From a virus (Duplodnaviria; Caudoviricetes): a stretch of 41,508 nt of DNA. How positions within the stretch are numbered: the first letter of the stretch is position 1; the number at the start of each line of letters is the position of its first letter. The notes under the pieces were generated by a model that did no database searches, had not been told where the DNA came from, and saw only the letters and a program-made list of their open reading frames with translations. The translations under genes and the position numbers were made by a program. Positions 35,993 through 41,508 of the stretch are shown here, piece after piece. Where the stretch lies: the IMG/VR virus record IMGVR_UViG_3300038829_000181, positions 1-41,508 of that record. One strand, 5' to 3'.

Positions 35993-36662
35993 GATGGTGG
36001 TGTTGGTGGTGTTGGGTATTGGGTTGTTGATCTCTGGCTGTGGGGCTGATCCTCGGGATGGGGCGGATGCTCGGCGGACGGATGCGATCACTGCGCAGGA
36101 TGTGGCAGACCGTGAATTAGCCAGGGAAATCCAATTGGCGCAGGAACAGGCAGCGGCGGAGAGAAGGAACCGCGTCGGCGATGCGCTGACGGCTGGTATT
36201 GTCTTCGGCGGCAGTTTCGCGGCTGCTTGTTTGGTCATCTCTGCTGGCATTGGCGGAGGAATCGCCCTGGTTGGGATGGGGCAGGCAGCGCGTGAGTTTT
36301 TCATATTCCGAGCGAACTGGGTACCACTGGATAAGACAACAAGGCAATATCCGCAGCTTCGCCAGTGGGTAGCTGATGATGGGCGGAAGCTGTTGAATTT
36401 TGGCAAGGGTGTTTATATGCTTGCCAACCCGAACGATCAGAGTGTGCAAGGGCTTGACGAACGCCGTAATGGTGACAGGCAGAAAATCGCGGCGATGACT
36501 GCGGCATGGAGTTTGGGAATTGTTTCAGAGGCTTCAAAGGGCACGGCTGATTCAAGCTCTGAAGGCGTTTCGGTAATTGCTCCAACTGCGGCAAGCATTC
36601 TTACTGCAAGCACGAAATTCATTGATATTGATAAGGAGGTTGGTGATGGAAAACAGCAATAG
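35985..36662 (+). CDS. Lipoprotein/membrane protein
   Basis: Lipobox ISGC, second hydrophobic segment, AAGGAG RBS. Confidence 0.65.
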   Translation: MNRMVVLVVLGIGLLISGCGADPRDGADARRTDAITAQDVADRELAREIQLAQEQAAAERRNRVGDALTAGIVFGGSFAAACLVISAGIGGGIALVGMGQAAREFFIFRANWVPLDKTTRQYPQLRQWVADDGRKLLNFGKGVYMLANPNDQSVQGLDERRNGDRQKIAAMTAAWSLGIVSEASKGTADSSSEGVSVIAPTAASILTASTKFIDIDKEVGDGKQQ

Positions 36663-37269
36663 TAAGGCGTTTTTGCATACGTTGGGGGCGGCAGCGTGGG
36701 TTCCGTTGGCACAGGCATTGATCACTGGAGCACTGGTGACTCTGGTGTTGATCTTATTCACTGCATCTTTGAATGTGCGCGGTTGGTTTACCTGGTCTGC
36801 TGGCGGTGGGTTGGTGACTGTTGTAGGTGTTTGGATATATTCGATGCGCCATTGGTTCAACCTTACGAAGCTGGAGATGTGGACTGGCTTGGATCTGAAT
36901 CAGGATGGAAATATTGGCGATGCACCGCCAGTTCCATCTTCCGAACCGCAGTTTGTGAAGGTGACATTGAACCGTATTTCTACGGATGGTCATTTCTCTG
37001 GTGAGTATTTTGATTTGCCTGGCACGATGGCTCAATTGAAAATGTTGGCAGATGGTCTTTTGAACGGCGTGCCATTTACTACCCGCGAATGGACTGGTGA
37101 TAAAAAGCCATATTCGTCCGATGGCTTTCAAAAGTTGCGTAAGGAAATGCTTCGCCGTGGTTTGGTTGAATTGGCAAGCGAGAAAGATTCGAGGCAGGGG
37201 TATGTGTTGACGGATGAAGGAAGCCAATTCATGGCGAATATTTTGGAAAACAATAAAAAAGGAGAATAG
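36646..37269 (+). CDS. Membrane protein with possible C-terminal winged helix
   Basis: Two TM segments, DLNQDG motif, LRRGLVE...GYVLTDEG. Confidence 0.65.
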   Translation: MENSNSKAFLHTLGAAAWVPLAQALITGALVTLVLILFTASLNVRGWFTWSAGGGLVTVVGVWIYSMRHWFNLTKLEMWTGLDLNQDGNIGDAPPVPSSEPQFVKVTLNRISTDGHFSGEYFDLPGTMAQLKMLADGLLNGVPFTTREWTGDKKPYSSDGFQKLRKEMLRRGLVELASEKDSRQGYVLTDEGSQFMANILENNKKGE

Positions 37270-37272
37270 GAA

Positions 37273-38250
37273 ATGGAAACAAAAACTGAAACAATTTCGA
37301 TGGGTCTGGATGCAGGGTTTGGCGCGATCAAGATGTTTTCACAGGGACACGGGCTTGAACTTTTGAGCCAGGTAGCTTTGAACAACGGTCAGCATTTGGA
37401 AGGAATGATTGGTTTGAAGCAGTCGGATCGACCGTTGACGGTGAAGACCGATGATGGTGATTTCTATGTTGGCGCTGGGACGCACCAGTATGGAAAGCTG
37501 ATGCAGAATTTAGGATTTGATCGTCTGAACAATTCTCCAGAGATCCGTGCTTTGGTCTATGGCGCATGGACGAAGTATATGCAAGCGCATGGAGTGTTTC
37601 AGGCTCCGCTTTCGGTTTTTGTTGGTTTGCCGATTCAGACTATGGGGGAGGATATGAAGGCGTATCGCGCCAGTATCCGCGAGTGGGTGAAGGGCGAACA
37701 CAAATGGCAGGCAGACGGGGTCGAATATAAGGTGAGGGTGGATCGGGCGCGTGTGAACTCGCAGCCTGTGGGCGCGTTGTTTGACTTCATTCTGTCCGAC
37801 GAAGGAAAGCGTATCAAGGAACATACATTTGCGCTGACCTCCGAAATCGGGATTATTTCTGTGGGTTTCAACACGGTCGAATTGATGGTCGTTGAAAACC
37901 AGCGAGTTACCGAGGGCGCGACGCGGGGCGAGAAATTGGGCGTGCGCCGCTTGCTTGATTTATTGAACCCAGGACGAAAGTATAGCCTTGGTCATTTGGA
38001 TTTGAAATTGCGAAACGGGTCCCTGAATTACTCTGGGAAGATTCCGACCTGGGCGAATGAGGTCAATGATGCAATTGAAAACATTTGGGGAGATGAGGCT
38101 CTTTCACGTTTTGAGGCTGTGCTGGTAGTGGGCGGCGGAGCGATCTTACTGGGTCAGCATTTGAAGCTGCAAGGGAAAGGGATTGTTTTGGACAACCCAG
38201 TGATGGCGATTTCGAGGGGCTTGGATAAGCTGGATCGGGCGCAGAGGTAA
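37273..38250 (+). CDS. parM: ParM/StbA-like actin ATPase
   Basis: Phosphate-1 GLDAGFGAIK, VGLP, QPVGA, phosphate-2 variant ISVGFNT, adenosine VVGGGA, NPVMAISRGL. Confidence 0.85.
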   Translation: METKTETISMGLDAGFGAIKMFSQGHGLELLSQVALNNGQHLEGMIGLKQSDRPLTVKTDDGDFYVGAGTHQYGKLMQNLGFDRLNNSPEIRALVYGAWTKYMQAHGVFQAPLSVFVGLPIQTMGEDMKAYRASIREWVKGEHKWQADGVEYKVRVDRARVNSQPVGALFDFILSDEGKRIKEHTFALTSEIGIISVGFNTVELMVVENQRVTEGATRGEKLGVRRLLDLLNPGRKYSLGHLDLKLRNGSLNYSGKIPTWANEVNDAIENIWGDEALSRFEAVLVVGGGAILLGQHLKLQGKGIVLDNPVMAISRGLDKLDRAQR

Positions 38251-38254
38251 TTCG

Positions 38255-38563
38255 ATGGCTCCTCCGAAAAAGCCAGGCGTGCGCCGCCATTTACATATCG
38301 ACCCATATATTCGCGTTAAGCCTGAGAACCATTCAGCATCCATCGATGACAACAAGCGCATGGATAAGTTTTTGGAGTTTTGGGATTCTTTGCCTCCGCG
38401 TAAGGCGACAAAGATGGTGATGGATTTATTGATTGCGGCTTGTAATGGTGAGTTGGGCGTGGCGCATTCAGTACCGACATCGATGAGCGATGAGCAGGAG
38501 AAAATTGCAGAATCGAAGTTGGATGCGTTGTTGAAGAATATGTCGATGGATGAAGAAGAGTAG
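38255..38563 (+). CDS. Putative ParR-like adaptor
   Basis: Small gene directly after parM, basic N-terminus and acidic tail ending ...LLKNMSMDEEE. Confidence 0.55.
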   Translation: MAPPKKPGVRRHLHIDPYIRVKPENHSASIDDNKRMDKFLEFWDSLPPRKATKMVMDLLIAACNGELGVAHSVPTSMSDEQEKIAESKLDALLKNMSMDEEE

Positions 38564-38566
38564 GTA

Positions 38567-38601
38567 ATTAACCGTCAATATCATATTAACCGTCAATATC
38601 A
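38567..38601. repeat. Two tandem 17-bp direct repeats (parC candidate)
   Basis: ATTAACCGTCAATATCA at 38567-38583 and 38585-38601. Confidence 0.6.
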
Positions 38602-38771
38602 AACCTCCCCATCGTGCGTGCGTGCGTGAGTGCTCCGAGTACATGCACAACATTGGACATGTGCGCATGATGGGGGAGGGGAGGACGGAATGTGAAGGAT
38701 GGATGTGCATGGTTGTATTTTACAGGTAGCCGAATGGATGCCTGCCCAATGTGTTGCAGTTGGAGGTCGTG

Positions 38772-39212
38772 ATGGCTGATAAAAAAATGAAACCGTTTTG
38801 CTGTAAAGATGGACATATCCTCGGGTTTATCCGTTGGAATGGAAATGATCTAGCGCAGTTGATGGTGCTACGGGAGGCGTTGGATATGGATGTTGAGCAT
38901 CCACGTGAGGTGGATCTGTTGGGGCCGCTGGATGGGCGGATGCCGATCAGATGTTCGATTTGCGATGATGTGAAAGTGTGGGAGATCAGCATCGAGACGC
39001 AGTTGGCGCTATTTTCACGTATGAGTGATCAGCAGGTATTTGAATTTTCACAACGCCTGTTGGAGATGAGCAGGAAGGTGCTGGATTTGGATGATCCTGC
39101 TTCGACCCCCATCGGCTTCCCGAGAGAACATCGGGACAATGTCGCCACTTCCCCTATTTCGAGATCAGAAATGGGGGAAGAAAAAACGGAGGTGCATGAT
39201 GCCAGCGTATAA
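38772..39212 (+). CDS. Hypothetical zinc-binding protein
   Basis: CKDGH and CSIC motifs, GGAGG RBS. Confidence 0.65.
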   Translation: MADKKMKPFCCKDGHILGFIRWNGNDLAQLMVLREALDMDVEHPREVDLLGPLDGRMPIRCSICDDVKVWEISIETQLALFSRMSDQQVFEFSQRLLEMSRKVLDLDDPASTPIGFPREHRDNVATSPISRSEMGEEKTEVHDASV

Positions 39213-39558
39213 CTTTCAAAAGCAGTTTGCGCCGATGATACCAGAACGTAAATGGCACACGGTTCGACGCAAACGCAAGCATCCAACGAAAGTTGGGGAT
39301 GCGCTTTATCTTTACACGGGGATGCGGACAAAACAATGCAGATTGATCGTTGAGTTGCCCTGCCTGTTTATAAAGCCCATCGAAATTTACCCTGATGAAA
39401 TGCAAGTTATGCTTGATGACGTTCAATTGAGTGTGGATGAAGTCAATTCATTTTTTTATCATGATGGTTTCGATGACGCATATGATTTCTTTGATTTCTT
39501 TCGACGGTATCCGCCAGATGTGCGTGAGAATGAGTTGGAAGCCATTTATTGGAGGTAG
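39196..39558 (+). CDS. ASCH/PUA-like phage protein
   Basis: NFQKQFAP.I...K.HTVR...VGD.LYLYTGMRTK and DGF pattern. Confidence 0.7.
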   Translation: MMPAYNFQKQFAPMIPERKWHTVRRKRKHPTKVGDALYLYTGMRTKQCRLIVELPCLFIKPIEIYPDEMQVMLDDVQLSVDEVNSFFYHDGFDDAYDFFDFFRRYPPDVRENELEAIYWR

Positions 39559-39560
39559 AG

Positions 39561-40394
39561 ATGAGCAAAACAAAAATTGAATATGGTGATCGGACTTGGA
39601 ATCCTTTGACTGGATGCACGATCAAGAGCGAGGGGTGCGTGAATTGCTGGGCTGCGACCATGGCAAAGCGGCTGCGGGCGATGGGGCGGCCTGAATATCA
39701 GGATGTGGTGGATGATCGCGGGCATTGGACTGGCTTGATTACGATTGTGCCTGAGCGTTTGATCGAGCCGTTGACCTGGCGCAAACCACAGCATGTATTG
39801 GTTGAATTTATGGGCGATCTATTCCATGAAAAAGTTAACCTGCCGTTTTTGAAAAATATTTTTGACGTGATGAAAGAGACTCGGCAGCATGTATATCAGA
39901 CCCTGACAAAGCGTCCTGAAAACATGAAGGCGGCTTTGCATTTTTCCGTTTACGCGCCGTTGCCGAATGTGATTCTTGGCGTGAGTATTGAAAATCAAAA
40001 ACGGGCGGATGAACGGCGCGAGTTTATGCGTGAACTTTCGCAGGCTGGCTGGCGGACGTGGGTGAGTTATGAACCTGCTTTGGGAAATGTGGATTGGGAG
40101 GGATGGGAATTTTTGAATCAGTTGGTTTGCGGCGGGGAGAGTGGTCCGCGGGCGAGAGCGATGCACCCTGATTGGGCGAGGTCTGCTCGTGATTTTTGTC
40201 AGAAGCATCACATCCAGTTTTTCTTCAAACAGTGGGGGGAATATGCTCCGTTGGATCATTTGGTTTGGGTGACGGACAAGACTACTTTTAGCCATAAGCC
40301 TGTTGATCTTGATGGCGTGACGATGTGTCGGGTGGGGAAGGGACTGGCGGGGCATATGTTGGATGGTCGTGAGTGGAATGAGATGCCGAGGTGA
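39561..40394 (+). CDS. Phage Gp37/Gp68 (DUF5131) radical-SAM-like protein
   Basis: TWNPLTGC...GCVNCWA, MGDLFHE, LTKRPE, GGESG and FFFKQWGE motifs. Confidence 0.9.
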   Translation: MSKTKIEYGDRTWNPLTGCTIKSEGCVNCWAATMAKRLRAMGRPEYQDVVDDRGHWTGLITIVPERLIEPLTWRKPQHVLVEFMGDLFHEKVNLPFLKNIFDVMKETRQHVYQTLTKRPENMKAALHFSVYAPLPNVILGVSIENQKRADERREFMRELSQAGWRTWVSYEPALGNVDWEGWEFLNQLVCGGESGPRARAMHPDWARSARDFCQKHHIQFFFKQWGEYAPLDHLVWVTDKTTFSHKPVDLDGVTMCRVGKGLAGHMLDGREWNEMPR

Positions 40395-40397
40395 AGA

Positions 40398-41375
40398 ATG
40401 GCTGAGAAAAAATTCCTCGAAAAATTAGTGGATAAAATCCGCGTGAAGCAATATTCATATAAGACAGAAAAAACTTATGTGGATTGGGCTGAGAGATATA
40501 TTCGTTTTCATAAACTTCGTCATCCTAAAGAAATGGGGAAGCCAGAAATTGAATCGTTTTTGACCTATCTTGCCAATTCAAATGTGAGCGCATCCACGCA
40601 AAATCAGGCATTGGCGGCGATTCTATTTATGTATCGAGAAATGTTTGGAGTTAAGTTTGAAAATATTCAGGCGGTTCGCGCGAAGCGATCTGTGCATATC
40701 CCAACTGTTTTGACGGTTGATGAGGTAAGACGTGTACTTTGTCGTTTGCACGGTATTTATCACACAATTGGCTATTTGCTTTATGGCGGCGGTTTGCGAT
40801 TAATGGAATGTCTTCGCTTGCGGGTGAAGGATATTGATTTTGAATTGAAGACCATCACGCTTCGAGATACGAAAAGTAATCGTGATCGTGTCACCTTTTT
40901 GCCTGACGCTGTGATTGAGCCATTGCGTTTACATCTGGCAAAAGGGAAAGCGCAACATGATGAAGATTTATCCAAAGGTTTTGGAAGCGTTGAATTACCA
41001 GGCGCGCTTGCAAGAAAATATAAAAATGCTGAATACGAATGGGGTTGGCAATATGTTTTTCCTGCCAGCCAATTTTCGCGCGATCCAAGAAGTGGGATTG
41101 TGAGGCGGCATCATTTATATGAAACCTCTGTTCAAAAGGCGGTTCGTAAAGCGGCGCGAGAAGCTGGAATTATCAAGCCAGTTGGTCCGCATACTTTCCG
41201 TCATTCATTTGCTACACATTTATCGAGAGGAGGAACAAACATTCGAGATATACAAGAATTGCTTGGGCATAAAGACCTAAAGACCACGATGATCTATATT
41301 CACGTGGCTGGTATGGATGAGGGGTTGAAATCACCCCTGGATAGTATGGTTATTAGTGACCCTGTGGGTCTCTAA
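40398..41375 (+). CDS. intI: Integron integrase
   Basis: [37 protein letters not shown]. IntI-specific insertion [13 protein letters not shown]...WGWQYVFPA....[21 protein letters not shown] and LLGHKD..TTMIY. Confidence 0.96.
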   Translation: MAEKKFLEKLVDKIRVKQYSYKTEKTYVDWAERYIRFHKLRHPKEMGKPEIESFLTYLANSNVSASTQNQALAAILFMYREMFGVKFENIQAVRAKRSVHIPTVLTVDEVRRVLCRLHGIYHTIGYLLYGGGLRLMECLRLRVKDIDFELKTITLRDTKSNRDRVTFLPDAVIEPLRLHLAKGKAQHDEDLSKGFGSVELPGALARKYKNAEYEWGWQYVFPASQFSRDPRSGIVRRHHLYETSVQKAVRKAAREAGIIKPVGPHTFRHSFATHLSRGGTNIRDIQELLGHKDLKTTMIYIHVAGMDEGLKSPLDSMVISDPVGL

Positions 41376-41388
41376 TAACGAGTTGGGC
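41370..41388 (+). other. attI site overlapping the intI stop codon
   Basis: CTCTAAT-AACGA-GTTGGGC parallels the attI1 simple site CCCTAAA-ACAAA-GTTRRRY. Cassette 1 begins at this GTT. Confidence 0.8.
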
Positions 41389-41508
41389 GGTTCCTGAAAA
41401 TGGCTCAAATTTTATTCGGACAAATCTAATTAATGGAGAATAATGAAACCATCATTCAAAATAACTACAAGTTTTCCTCTTAATCTGTCGTTGATATTAG
41501 TTATTGCA

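Larger units (their letters stand above)
1..41508. mobile_element. Complete temperate tailed phage genome (siphovirus-like) carrying an integron
   Basis: Full structural, lysogeny and replication modules, terminal overlap, no recognisable host housekeeping genes. Confidence 0.92.

Noticed and set aside
41325-41356. Pc cassette promoter in the 3' end of intI (TTGAAA)
   Set aside because: No acceptable -10 hexamer at 16-18 bp spacing.
41382-41508. Physical terminal repeats of the virion DNA
   Set aside because: The 127-bp length matches a common assembler k-mer and begins at a recombination crossover, so an assembly overlap is more likely.

Overview
The window appears to be a complete, circular temperate siphovirus-like phage genome of about 41.4 kb; bases 41382-41508 repeat bases 3-129. 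Its parts are: a late operon (lysis-like membrane proteins, TerS/TerL, fused protease-scaffold-capsid, a displaced portal, tail, TMP and tail-tip genes), a lysogeny module (large serine integrase with a candidate attP inside its 3' end, repressor/cro switch), and a long early operon (Xer-like recombinase, C5 methyltransferase, primase-helicase plus iteron origin, ParM/ParR-like pair, Gp37/Gp68). The key feature is a complete integron built into the phage. An IntI integrase is the last gene of the early operon, an attI1-like site overlaps its stop codon, and across the circular junction lie four gene cassettes each closed by an attC site, just before the late promoter. Self-complementary cassette ends indicate IntI-mediated insertion. 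Host is tentatively Chloroflexota (Anaerolineae); this is an inference from recalled attC and repeat styles. All calls come from reading motifs by eye, with no database searches.
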